This document shows, in pieces, positions 26,528 to 39,728 of a DNA stretch of 64,000 nucleotides. The notes under the pieces were generated by a model, which searched no databases, was not told where the DNA came from, and was given only the letters and a program-made list of their open reading frames with translations. Made by a program: the position numbers and the translations under genes. Source of the stretch: Takakia lepidozioides. Taxonomy: Eukaryota > Plantae > Bryophyta. The DNA is taken from NCBI GenBank assembly GCA_030704615.1, contig CM060731.1, positions 49,600,001-49,664,000 of the forward strand, given 5' to 3'. The first letter of the stretch is position 1. Every line of letters begins with the position of its first letter.

Positions 26528-27027
26528 NNNNNNNNNNNNNNNNNNNNNNNNNNNNNNNNNNNNNNNNNNNNNNNNNNNNNNNNNNNNNNNNNNNNNNNNN
26601 NNNNNNNNNNNNNNNNNNNNNNNNNNNNNNNNNNNNNNNNNNNNNNNNNNNNNNNNNNNNNNNNNNNNNNNNNNNNNNNNNNNNNNNNNNNNNNNNNNNN
26701 NNNNNNNNNNNNNNNNNNNNNNNNNNNNNNNNNNNNNNNNNNNNNNNNNNNNNNNNNNNNNNNNNNNNNNNNNNNNNNNNNNNNNNNNNNNNNNNNNNNN
26801 NNNNNNNNNNNNNNNNNNNNNNNNNNNNNNNNNNNNNNNNNNNNNNNNNNNNNNNNNNNNNNNNNNNNNNNNNNNNNNNNNNNNNNNNNNNNNNNNNNNN
26901 NNNNNNNNNNNNNNNNNNNNNNNNNNNNNNNNNNNNNNNNNNNNNNNNNNNNNNNNNNNNNNNNNNNNNNNNNNNNNNNNNNNNNNNNNNNNNNNNNNNN
27001 NNNNNNNNNNNNNNNNNNNNNNNNNNN
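26528..27027. other. Assembly gap (500 N)
   Basis: N run; the flanks map to A1 positions ~4382 and ~1847. Confidence 1.
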
Positions 27028-30000
27028 TGGAAAGGACCTTATGTCATACAAAAGATGTATGATAACAACACCGCCATGTTACAAACCATTAACAAAGAAA
27101 TGCTGGGAAGAGTCAATGCCAATAAGTTAAAGGGATATAGTGGTATCCATGACAAACCATTGCAGCATGATTTGCATGTTGAAACGCAAGAGCAGTCACG
27201 GGCTGCGCCAGTGTTACCAACGGAGTATGGAGCACTTGTCGCTAGGCCAAGCATATATGACCAGGGCGGGCAGAACAAACGTGACACAGCCTATCACAGC
27301 CCATCAAGGCGAAGCACAGCCTATCACAGTCCATCACGACGTGACACAGCCAATCACAGCCTATCAAGGCGAAACACAGCCTATCACAGCCCAGCACAAT
27401 GTGACACAGCCTATCACAGCCCAACACGGCGCAACACAGCCTATCACAACCTACCACCGCGTGTCACAGCCTATCACAGCTTACCACAGTGCATCACAGT
27501 CTATCACAGCGTACCACAGTATGACACAACCTGTCACAGCTCAACACAGCCTACTAGGGTTACACGATCCATAGAATCAGTGACAGGTGGACGCCCAATA
27601 ACTTCAGGAAAATGGCCGACGGAAGAAAGGACGGAAACCAGTTTAAAAATAGACACGTGGAAGTCAGGGCGCGACACACAGCTGAGAAGGAAGTGCAAGA
27701 ACAGGTGTCATCAAGAAAGAGGACAAAGATGGCCGTCAAAGTACCTACTTAGCGCGTCAATTCGGATGAATGGCGGGCCCATTAATAAATACGGAAAAAG
27801 GGGAACGGAACAAACAACAAGTACAGAAAAGCGAAATTCTTGTCACATGTGTGATCCTAGTGGACAATCCAGCAGGGAAAGCCCACTAAAGAAAATTAAA
27901 TTTAAAATCCAGTCACAGCGGTTACAGCCAATCGAAAACCAAAAAAAGGATCAAGAAATTAGAGGGAATTTAAGCACAAGAGTCGGCGTCGTTCTAAGTA
28001 ACGGGCGTCTCGACGGGACAGACCATCAATGCTATAGCTTGGAAGCTATGGAGGAACTAACAGACTATACGCTTGCAATATTACTTACGCAGTGGCATAG
28101 ACACGAAAGAACAGAGCGGAGCTTTTCTCTTGATCGATGCTTGCAAGCTCCACAGGCTTACAAGAAATTACCCATAGCTTTTTGTGGCAACCATACGTTT
28201 ATGCTTTGTGCACTACAGGCATTTCTTCAATTGTTACGGCCAAAACATTTCTACAGGTCTAGAATGAAGAGAGTGAGAGGAATGGAGGAAATCAGGGTGA
28301 AGAGCACCACAATTCTGCAAAAACAAACAATTGCTACCCCACAGGCGATGCAGATACTGAAGGAGCTGAGATTGCAAGGATTGCAAAGCAAAGATTGGAC
28401 ATTGCACCATAGACAATACATGTTACAATTCTTACAGAACTTTGAGCCAAGGACGGGAGCAACAACGGTGAAGGGAGTTGAATTAGTAATTACTCCCCTA
28501 TACCTATAGCAATTGTTTCGATTGCCAGCAGGCCAGGTGCATGTGGAGGAGCACAGGGCAAGACTGCAAATAGGGGACTTATTCCAAGAAGGGAGTTTAT
28601 TTAAAACTCAGTGTTATGCTTGTACCAAGGCCGTGTACCCAGGGCTTAAGGAGGTAGGCCAGGTATTGAACGTTCTGTTTGCCATGAAACAGAACCAACA
28701 GTATTTGAGCAGATCCTTCACAGAGGAAATACTCAAAGCCCTGAGAGGAGAAGAGGTAGAATGGGCGGACATAATGTACAACGCACTGGTAGAGGAGATG
28801 AAAAGATTACAGGGTACTGCCGCAAAGTTTCCTATCATAGTGTCTGGCCCAATCATTGCTCAAATAATTCTTGATTCTGGCATCCTTGATGCTCGAGAAA
28901 GAAAGGAGATGGGAGTGTTTGAGCCAGAAACCACTGCAATGGAAGAGCAAGGCTCTTCACACAGTGAGGGTGGAATGGCAGGACAACACGAGAATAAGAG
29001 ACAGAGGCGCGGAAAGACTGTAGTGGCGGATCCACTGGCTTCACGGAATCCGCGTGATAATGTTTCCCAAGTTTTTGTGCAGGAAGGGGCACAGCAGCAC
29101 AGAGAACTGCTATTACTAGAAGCAGGACCTTCAGAGAGGGAAGAGGAAGTTACTTCAGTATCACAGCCATCACAGCCAGAGGAGCGGCTTGTCACAAGGT
29201 TACAAGTTATCCATGCAGCTCAACCAGAAATAATTGATTTGGAAAAAGAAGGGTTAGATATTCCAACTACAGAACAGATAGTGGCAGAAATTGAGAAGGG
29301 GGACCTTCTCTATGAATATTCTGGTCTGGTCAAGGAGGCAGAGATTCCAGAGGTGCAACAGTTGCCCAAGGGAAATCCTGAGGTGCATATAATACACACA
29401 CCTGTGTCGGAGGTACCACAGGTAGAATGTCAAGACACTGCAGCACCGGTGATGGATGAAGTGGTTCAGGAAGAAAATCCGGTGGGACAATGGCCTGAGT
29501 GGTTCGTGAGACATCACACGGTTGAGGATCAGGAGGAACAGCAGCAACCTCACCATGATGACCCTCAACAGGCAATGCTGATGAGTTCCATAGGCAGGAC
29601 ACTTAATTTGTTGGGGACTTATGTCAAATCCCATGTTCCAACTACCCAATTGACAACCTTGAGAGAGGAACTCAGGAAGGAGTTTGAGGCTCGACTAGCC
29701 ACTGAGTGTGCAAACAACGTCGATGAGGAGGTCACTCTCAAGATGCAGCAAGACTTGGAGAATACAGAAGCGGCTTTGCAATTGGCCAAGGAACAATTGA
29801 TTGAGGCAAGCCTCGCGCAAGACCAGTTGCACGAAGCACATAAGCAACAGCTATACCAAATGCAGGTGCAGCATGAAAGCAAGTTGCAAGAAGTGAATGC
29901 ACTACATACGGAGTTGCAGACAGTGCATGACAGGATGGCCATACAATGTGCTACACTCACAACTATGCTTGACCAAACTACAAAAGAAATAAACAGTCAA

Positions 30001-31818
30001 GCAGAAAAAAATATGAAGGCAGAAGCAGAGAATGTTGAGCAAATGAAACTCATTGTCGATATGAAGAATACAATCTGTCGCAATGAGGATACTTTCAAGC
30101 AATACAGGCAGATTGAAGCTGATCAAGAGAAGCACATCCTGGAGTTGCAACAAACGATCATGGCCAATAGAAATGAAATCTCGGTCAATACCAAGGCTTG
30201 GAAGGAAGCCAATAATCTACTTGCTGCCTATTCGAATTTGGTTGAACCTCATGCGAAGCGCATGGAGGCTTTACAACAGCAATAAGATGTGTACAAACTA
30301 AGAGAGGAGCACACTCTCAGAGGAACCACAAGCAACTTGGTGGATAACCACCTTATGCAGGTCTGGTTAGCACAAGGCCCAGTGGAGGGCAAAGCACCAC
30401 GAAAGCTCACCCAAAGCGAGATGAATGAACTCAGACTCCAAGTGCAGAACATTGCCACAACTACTATAGACAATGTCTATAGTAGTATAGCGGAGTTACA
30501 GGAAGATGTAGACGGACTGCAGACTCAAGTGGAAGACCTCACTTCAAATATCGACAAAAGAGCCTATATACCTGAGGAACAGTTAATGGCTTCTTATTTA
30601 CAAGCCAGAACTTTGGCTTTTTAGTCTTCTTCACAGGAGGTGCAGGAGATGCCAATGATACAAGAGCCAGTACCACCAACACCACAACAAGTCACTATAC
30701 CAGTAGCTGAACCTGTTGTTACTACAACCACACCACAGCCACCACAGCCTGAGGTATGGGGCAATGCTGCTTTTAACCCACCTAAAACTCCAGCTGCAAG
30801 GGAGTACAGTAGGGCTATGATTATGCCCTTCAACCAAATTCCCATCATGTTGGATTTGGCTTGGAAAGAATTTAGTCCTCCGCAGTCATTCGCACATTAC
30901 TACCAAATCATGCGCATTTGGCTGCCAGTGGCAACTAGGACTAAAGTTCTTCCGAACAATCGACATATTGAGGATCATCACTTTGCACAATACTGGCATG
31001 AGGCAAGTACAATGTTGAAGGAATTAATTGCCTTCCAAGTTGTACATGGATTCATTTATACCAAGACCAAAGAGGTAGCAAGTATTGTCATGGGATGCGG
31101 GTTATACTACGCTGCTTGTTTTCTGGTACGTTATCACATTGAGCAGCACAAGATGCAATCGCGCTTTCTGAGTTATTCCAGTGGGGATCATTGGGTCTTA
31201 CCTTCAGTGCCACCTCATATGTACCTATATGAGGCAAAAATTATGATGCAAAAGGATTCTCAAATTCGTTCATGGTTTCAAACGGCCTGGAACAATTTGT
31301 CAACACAGAAATTCGGCATTGATGATATTTTCTATAAGGGACATGTGGCATGGAAATACTTGCACGGTGCACAAGTAATTGGTACCCCACTCACCTGGAC
31401 AGACAAGGAGCTCAGTGTCTTCACCAATTTTGCTGTTCAACGTTTACAGCAAGTTTTAAAATATAAACTTCCAGACATGATAGGACAACATTGTATGCCC
31501 CAGAGGATTCCACAAAAAGTTCGACAATTAAAACACCTGAGAGGCGATGAGGATTATGATACAACTGTTTCTTCAGTGGATTCTTTTGACATGGGAGAAG
31601 ACTATGCAATTCAGATGGCAGAGAAGAAGCGACGGGGGTCTCCTATGCCTGAAAAGTTACCTCGATATCAGCCTCCAGAGGGCCTCACTTATCCGGGTAG
31701 TGTTCAAACATCTCCGTCAACCAGTGACAGACCTCGGGCTCGTACACACAGTCCGCCACGAAACTCTCAACGTCAGAAAGGTGCTCACTCACAAAGGTTT
31801 GCTAATCGCAATCAGTAA
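27028..31818 (+). pseudogene. A2 integrase C-terminus, repeat linker and long 3' accessory ORF (Athila ORF3 / 'plant transposon protein'-like N-part, acidic region, coiled coil, C-terminal globular domain), all one frame with 3 in-frame stops
   Basis: ORFs ending 28509, 30285, 30624 and 31818 share a frame; QFLQNF...TVKGVELVITP.YL.QLFRLP and GEEVEWADIMYNAL resemble Athila/Ogre-type accessory ORFs; E/Q/L heptad-rich 29650-30560. Confidence 0.75.
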
Positions 31819-31856
31819 ACCGTGAGGACACGGCTTTTTGAGAGGGGAAGGGGTAA

Positions 31857-32532
31857 TGTTAGAGGACTGTCTGGGACTTAGACACTTATACGGGATCTTT
31901 AGGGTACCCTTAATTTTTGCACAGACTGAGACCAACAGGAGCCTTAGGGGTGACAGCAGCACACTTTAGAAGGGGGTTACACAGCCCGTCACAGCCAACA
32001 CAGCCCATCACAGCCAACACAGCCCGTCACAGCCGACACAGCCACACAGCCAGTAACAGCCCGACACAGCCAAACACAGTCGCACAGCCAGTCACAACCC
32101 GACATAGCCGGTCACAACCCGTCACAGTTTCACACAGCCAGTCACAGCTTGACACAGCTGTCACGACCATAGGGAAAGGATAGCAGGACAGGGAACGACT
32201 GTGGGGAACAACACCTGCGAAGGGAACATGTTAGTTCACGGACGACGGTTAGTGAGGGAAGCGGTTAAGAACAACGGGTAGGAAGATAAAAGGAGGAGCA
32301 AGGACTGAAGGGGGGACTTCACGGAGGGACTTGGGGGTCATGCATGAGAGGGGATCGGGCGAAGAGCAAGAACGGAAGCAAAGATGGAGGAGGAGAGATG
32401 ATTAGTAGATGCTTGTTATATGCAAAGCTGTAGTGATATTGTAGAGCAGATTAGAGACACAATGGCTTCGGCCTGATACCTGATAAATCATAATCTGATA
32501 CTTATACGATACAATCACACTGTGTAGAGAGA
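31857..32532 (+). repeat. A2 3' LTR (truncated after ~675 bp)
   Basis: Follows PPT GAGAGGGGAAGGGG; identity to the 5' LTR stops at ...TGTGTAGAGAGA. Confidence 0.9.
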
Positions 32533-33949
32533 GTGTTCTCCATTGGAAGGATGAAGATATGGTTAGTTTTTACTAAGTAGCCCAATTTGTGAGTAAATTA
32601 TAGGTTTGCACCTTCACTTAGGGTGAATGTGATCCTGGGTTCAATCCTTCAACTTGTGCTTTCATCTTCATGGGCTTTGTAAATCTGTTGGACGTCCACC
32701 GCACATGTCTCTCAAATCGACAGTTAAGATGGCCATTCATCTTGAGGGCTGCGTGGTAGGGTGGCAACAAAGGGAAGGACAAGTGACTGGACGACTGGAC
32801 CCACCAAGATGGGCAGGCCATCACATCTTTTTTGTCCTTACTTAAACATGGCAAGTCGAACTTACCTAACAATCTGGGCTCCACAAATGACAAAATAGCT
32901 GCCAGTGGGTTGATAAGAGTGCCACATAGGTGATTTTGGGTTCAATCCTTCTACCTTAACGGATCTGGTATAATCGTATAATCGCATAACACCTTCCCTT
33001 GGTCCCATGACATGGCCAGGGAAAGAAGATCAGAATGGCCTTGTGTGCACCCAGAGCCCTATGACCAATCGCAGCTTTTGGGGGGTTCTATCAAACAATT
33101 TTTTGCCAAATGGCAATAATGGACAGTCTTGGGACCAGCAGCATATGGTCATAGGCACTGACAGAAGCGTTGATGGGGTGTTCAGTCATAGACGCCTGTT
33201 CGGTCATAGGCCAACTTACCCTAGTGTTGTTTCAATTTGTTTATATATTTCTGTGTTTTGGCAGATTGTCGATTGTCACTTAGGGCGTAGACACACGGGC
33301 GGCAATTGAGATGAATCGGAGATGACCATTGGCCGAGGGGAAACCACTAACACATGAGAGGAAGCACGTTCTGCCGGAAGCTGATGTGTCTATTGACGTG
33401 GACGGTTTTGGAAACCGCAACACCCAACCACCACACCATGCATCTATAATCAAATCAATCAATCGTATCAATGTATCGATCTATCTCAAAGTTTGTCTAT
33501 CAATCCTCAAGTTGTGATCTACTCTGAAACTCCTCCTTGTATAGGCAGTCCGGCTGCTCCTTCAGTGCAATCTGCAATACCCATAAATATCCACCCATAT
33601 ATATATATCAATCTGGAAAAAGAGTCCAACAGAGGGTTAACACCGCTCCTTCCATCTATATCAATACCAATATAGTGTCACGGGACCTCGAATATATCAT
33701 CTTGGTTACCTTAAACAGTGCTTAACCAATTAAGATAACTGGATTTGTCAATCCACAAGCCATCAACAGCCTTGCCCAGTATATCATTGGTCAAATCAAT
33801 CCATGGTCAATTTAAGCGCCACCCAACTGGGATAAAGCACTAAATTAAGCACCATCCATCTTTAGCACTGCTAAGTTAATATCTTGGTCTAAAACCGTTA
33901 TATCCAACTGGTGAAGATAGAGGTACATGATACATCCTCTTTGCTCACT

Positions 33950-35760
33950 TGGAAGCAGTCTTCTGTATGCAGCAGGTACATACTATGTTCAATCGTGAGG
34001 ATCCAGCCTGCAAAAGGCCGGCCTCGGTCCCCCAATTGTTAGGCATGAGTAGCATTTCTGGTCAAGATGTGAGTAGACTGCTCTGCAAAGGTCTTCCTGG
34101 AGGTGCAGATTGTATGTACCCTATACTCTTTCTGCAGCAGGAATAAACATCTTCAATAGTTGAGGATTACGACCATAGAGAACCCATTCCTGAGCATATT
34201 GGCAAAGGCGAGGAGGTTGAAAGACATGAGGGAACTGCTGCCTGGCGGACCGGGACTTGAACATAGAAGAAGCCAGGCTTTCCATCGAGCAACTCAGCAG
34301 TGACATGTAAGCCCGAGGCAATCAGATGTAGAGAGGAGGTTGGGTCTCTCCACCCAGATGTACTAAGGTGGTTTCTGCAGGTCTCCATTTTGCACGAGTC
34401 ATGCAGGAGCTCAGCATTGGGTCGGCTGTTGAGACTGCAGCGAAGAGTAAATTAGCAATGGAGGAGAGCTGCAGGAGTTCAGTCACCTTCTCTTGAAGGT
34501 TTGCCTCTACGAGTTACCAAGATTAAGTACTCGCTCTCTTGCAAACCATTATGACTCACACGTCTATGACAAGTCAATGCCCTTGGGGCTGCTCTATCCT
34601 AATTAAGCTACTTCCATAGCACCAAGCATAGCACATGAATTTCAGTTACCTGAAGAATGTGGCTGAACTATCATTGATCTAGGAAGAAGGTACTTGAGGG
34701 CAGTCAATTGGCATTCTAAGAAGATCTAAAGAGCCCATCCCTGGAAGTTGTGCCCAAGCTGTAAGAAGATTGTGTCAAATCCCTAGCTCGATAAGAGAGT
34801 TTTGGTTTGGGGAAGTCAACGACATGGTAAAGGCCCATAAACTTTACATGCCAAAAGCTGCCCAATTATATCGGCATGAACCCATATTGCTAATGGCAAA
34901 TCATTTCAGTTCGCTCTAGCCTTGAGCTAGAAAGAGCGATCAAGTTGAGATAAGCTCAGATTTTCTAAGATATTCCAGTTTCTCCATAAACACTTGGGAG
35001 TAACAATTTGATGAGAGGCCATCAATAAACAACTGGTATAACAAATTGGACTAAATGAAACTGGTGGTAGCTCACAGCCAAAGTTCTTCCTCCCCCATGA
35101 TCCTCTTCGACAAGTTCACAAATTAGCTTGGTGACAATGTGGACACCTAAGGCTTAAATTAGAGAAAGTCAAGTGATACTCCCTGGTGCTTGTAGACGGT
35201 TTTGCAGGCCTCCAGCAAAAGCTGAGTGGACATCTGTTGGGGGTGGGAGACGGGCACAACGGTGGTCAAGCGCACAACATGGTAAATACAATGCCTAGTT
35301 ACAAATTACAGAGGTTTCCAGCCCACGTGTTACTATACAGCTAAAGAGCTCCAGCATTTTACCGAGTCCCTTATTTTGGACACGAGGAATTTTACTCTTG
35401 ATTGAGTCTACAGCTGGTCACTGCGCCATCTATATTGAGGCGATTGTATCAGCTGTTTTTATTCAAAGATCTTTAGATGTGGAAGGCAGGCACAGCAAAG
35501 GGGCTCTACTGGCATCATCATAGACAACTCTATTATGAACTCATGTCAGACTCTGTGGAAGACATTGATGGTGCTGAGCGGGGACGAGTGTTGCTAATGG
35601 TGAGAATATCACATGAAGCGCCCCATCCCCAGGCACTCAGTTATGTTGGAGAAAGTTGAAGTTTGTAGATTCCTCGCCTTGAGCCGGCCAGTGCCAGTAC
35701 GTTGTTGGAGAAAATTAATGTTGTTGAACTATGATTTCATACATGTTTCATACTTTGTTT
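33950..35760 (-). pseudogene. Highly decayed L1-like LINE reverse transcriptase remnant
   Basis: Fragmentary translations resembling L1 RT motifs (VFHRV*HEFI ~ AFDRV.W.FI; SAFAGG ~ FADD); many stops; boundaries approximate. Confidence 0.3.
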
Positions 35761-36072
35761 TACTTGATGCCAAAGCAGGTGCAATCCATGTGAAGACCAG
35801 TTTGTGATAACGGATCAGGGGAGAGGCAAAACAAGCCACAGCTGCCATAGGCAGCCAAGATCGATCGATCGATCGTGCCTCCGAGACACCCTGACAGACA
35901 TAGCACAAAGACAAACAGGCTTTCATCCTGACGACTGACACCCTTTTTCATTCGTTGCACAATCTTGTCATCCAAGCACTGCAGGGTGTCAATGAATGGA
36001 GGTATAGGTAGTCTTAGGCATTATCAATGTAACATATGACAGGCATTGAAGAGCGTGGTCCCTTATATGTGA

Positions 36073-36480
36073 GTGGATAAATTGTATGATATGCGATTGA
36101 TTTGTGGTCATAATCACGCAGTTTGGCACATCCATAAACTTATTATGTCCAGATCAGAAACCAGATGGTTCTCACTCATCAATGCTGGTACCTACCAAGG
36201 CCGACTCCCTGACCAAACTATCCCTCACTGGATACTTCCGTGTACTTATCATCACTCACCCTGTACCTGTCCCTCTTGGCTTTACCCGGATATCCTACTT
36301 GTCCAAGGCTTACCCATCAATGCCCCCTACCTACTTCCCCGTCCCCAAAATTAACCATTGACTTCGTTGAATTCACATACTGTAATGACCGATACCCAAC
36401 CCCCTCCATTCTAGAGAAACGACAAAAATATGCCCACCTTATCCTCGCCATCCGCCAATGTGGGTGGCGCACGAGGCCGC
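36073..36480 (+). pseudogene. Non-LTR retrotransposon fragment with restriction-like endonuclease (RLE) C-terminus
   Basis: HNHAV, YPDILLVQG ... IDFVEFTYC ... K.QKYAHL...I.QCGW (PD-(D/E)xK-type RLE pattern), split over two frames. Confidence 0.6.
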
Positions 36481-36489
36481 TCAAGAACG

Positions 36490-39400
36490 TTAGGAATCTG
36501 GGGAGTCGGAGCCCGAGGACCTCCCGGAGGCTCCGGCAGACCAATAGATGTCTCCCATGCCAGCAGCCTTTGGGAAGGGTTATTGGCGCAGTTTGGCGGG
36601 ACGTTGAAAGACGTGTTGAAGGCGGCCAATGCCACTTCCACTAAGGCAAAGTTTAAGGTGAAGCCTAAGGAACCCGACACCTTTGAGGGCGTCCAAAATC
36701 AGAAGGCACTCAACACCTGGCTCTTGGAGCTAGAGCAGTACTTCCAGGCGGCCAAGTTGAGTGACGAGGATTGGGTGGAAGTGGCTCCCACCTATTTGAG
36801 GGGCTAAATGGTGGCAGAAACGCCTTCATGACCAAGGTCCAAACCCGGAAACCTTGAACTGGAGTGGGTTCAAGGAACTTATGAAAAGACAGTTTGTGCC
36901 CCCCAATGCGTCCTGGCTCGCCCGGGACAAGATGAGGAATTTGAAGCAAACGGATGACATTCGGGGATATGTTCAGGCTTTCAATGTGCTATTGCTCAAA
37001 GTCGCGGACATGGCAGAACCAAAAATGGTCTTCAACTTTGTGGCGGGACTGGCCCCATGGGCAAGGCGGAAGTTGGAGGAGAAGCCACCTAAGACTTTGA
37101 ATGAGACAATTGAAAGGGGTGAATGTTTCTCGGATGTTCCTAGGGGCGAAAGGCAAGGCCGTACGGAGCTAAACCACAAGAAGACCTGGCGGGAGGGTGA
37201 CTCCTTTCGACCGGAAAAGAAGTGGGATAGGCCACGCGACAACAATGGCACGTGGAAATCAAAGGGAGGTCCTTCTCACGTCAAAGCAGCACCCGGTGCT
37301 CCGAAAGGAAAATCAGGTGCGACGGCTTATGGCGGACAGAAGGCGACCTTCGATGGAGTATGTTTTAATTGTGGGGAGCCCGGGCACATGGCTAAGAAGT
37401 GCACGAAACCCCGACAATTGAACATGACTCGGGCTTCCACAGAGTTGTCCGAAGAGTCCATCAGCCGCTTGGTGGAGGCGGTGGTCGCCAAGACTTGCAA
37501 GGTAGGCAACTACTCTTGTGAGTTGTATTAGGAAACTGGCGCCTTGCGTAAAGGGAGTCAATTAATATTCGTGAGTGGGATAATTTCTGGAACTAACGTG
37601 TCATTGTTGGTGGACACAGGAGTGTCGCACTCCTTCATGACACCGGCAATGGCACGAAAGCTGGGGCTCCCAACAAGTGATGTGGGGGCCTCAATTGAAG
37701 TACATTCTGCCAAATGAGAACCACAACTGGTGACGAGGTTGGCATTCGATGTTCCTCTTCAGCTGAGGAGTTGGGAGGGACATGGGAACTTCACCATATG
37801 CGAGATCGGTGGAGTGGATCTCATTTTGGGGATGACCTTTTTGAGCAAATCAGGAGCGGTCATAGATGGCCGCAAGAGAATAGTCACGCTACCATGTGGG
37901 AATGGTGGCGAAGTTTTACGAGTTTCGGAAACACCCAACCCAATGGGAGGGCGAATAAATCTACTGTCAGCAAAGGAGTGGGTCGTGGAGGAGCCACACG
38001 AGCCCCAATTTTTGCTTTACATAAGACAAGTGAAGGGAGGAGGCGATAGGGAGACGAACCCAGATTGGATCAAAGGGATTTTGGAGAAATACCAGGATGT
38101 GATGCCGGAGGATATACCAAGCAGCTTGCCACCGCGAAGAGGAGTTGACCACAAGATTGAGGTGATACCGGGATTGGAGCCGCCTGCCAAGGCGCGCCCT
38201 ACCGGTTGAGCCATAGAGAGTTGGTCGAGCTGAAGACTCAGCTCAAGGATCTAATGTCAAAAGGGTACATCCGGCCGAGTAAGTCATCTTACGAAGCCCC
38301 GGTGCTATTCGTAGACAAGAAGGATGGGACACTGCGGATATTTGTCGATTATAGGGCTCTGAATAAGGTGACTATCAAGAACCGGTACCTTTTGCCAAGG
38401 ATCGACGACCTCTTCGATCGGTTGGCAAGAGCGAAGTATTTCAGCCGGATCGACTTGCGCTCGGGCTACCATCAAATCCGAGTGGCAGAAGGAGATGAGG
38501 AGAAGACCGCGTGCAGGACAAGATATGGTTCGTATGAGTTCTTGGTGATGCCTTTTGGGCTCACCAATGCATGCCCGCAACCTTTAGCACGCTAATGAAC
38601 AGCCTTTTCCAGGAGTGGTTGGATGACTTTGTGATCGTGTACATTGACGACATCTTGGTGTACTCGAAAACAAAGGAAGAGCACCTGGAGCACCTCAAAG
38701 GGGTGTTCCAGAAATTGCGGGAAGGGAAGTTGTATGCCAAAGCTTCAAAGTGCGAATTCGGGGTCACAAAAGTGGAGTTCCTGGGGCATGCGATTACACA
38801 GGATGGGATCAAAATGGATGACAGAAAGGTGAGGGCGATCTTGGACTGGGAGCCTCCGACTTTGGTCCCGGGAGATTTTCAACACAGTCACTGTGATCTT
38901 AAAGATCATCTTTTGAATCTGTATCTTAACTCCTCTTATCAAACCCAATGGCTGAACACTGCGATCCTTCCTAGGACTCGCCTCCATTTACCGGAAGTAT
39001 GTGAGAAATTTCGCCAAGATCGCAGGGCCACTGTCAGACCTTCTGTGTAAATCCAAAGTCTGGGTATGGAACACCTTTTGTGGCCAAGCTTTTGCCGAGT
39101 TGAAGCAGCGCATGGCGGAAGCTCCAGTCCTAAAAATCCCGAAGTTCAACCGTCCATTTGAGATTCATACGGATGCGTCCAACTTCACGATTGGAGGTGT
39201 ACTCATGCAGGATGGACGTCCAGTGGCTTACGAAAGTAAGAAACTGAATGAAGTGGAGCGACGGTGGCCTACGCACGAGAAAGAAATGAAGGCGGTGGTG
39301 CATTGCATTGAGCTTTGGCGCCACTATATTGGTTCCAACCCGGTGAAGGTGATCACGGACAATGTCACGGTGAAGTATTTTGCCACGCAGTCTAAGTTGT

Positions 39401-39728
39401 CCCCAAAACAACTTAGATGGCAAGATACTTTGGCAGTGTTTGACGTGGATATCCAGTACAAACTGGGACGGGATAATTTGGTGGCCGATGCTTTAAGTAG
39501 AAAGCAGCAGCTCATGTTGGTGTACATGGGCGAGATGACGCTCCAAAAGAAGATCCGGAAGGCTTACCGGAAGGATGAGATGGCAATGTCCGTGATGCGG
39601 GACTTGAGGATGGGGGTTAAATCGCAGTTCCACTTGCAAAATGGAGTGCTCCGGTACAAGCAAAAGCGTCTCTACGTGTCAAAGGGAGGGATCAGAGATA
39701 GTCTCTTGAAAGAATGCCAGGATGGCCC
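36490..39728 (+). mobile_element. Decayed chromovirus D (Galadriel-like Gypsy) gag-PR-RT-RNaseH, interrupted at the start of integrase by B2
   Basis: [75 protein letters not shown]. Confidence 0.88.

Larger units (their letters stand above)
21635..32532 (+). mobile_element. Ty3/Gypsy family A copy 2 (A2), near full length; RT-RH-INT core falls in the N gap; 3' LTR truncated
   Basis: 5' LTR 21635-22574, PBS 22577-22594, ORF1, gag-PR, integrase tail, long 3' ORF, PPT ~31840-31856, 3' LTR 31857-32532. Confidence 0.95.

Noticed and set aside
26472-28509. ORFs spanning the N runs (also 59975-60640)
   Set aside because: Artefacts of translating N; only the real-sequence parts were used.
28048-31818. 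env gene
   Set aside because: No evident signal peptide or clear transmembrane anchor; called an accessory ORF instead.
32620-32955. tRNA or SINE (two GGGTTCAATCC B-box-like motifs)
   Set aside because: No cloverleaf, A-box, tail or TSD could be identified.
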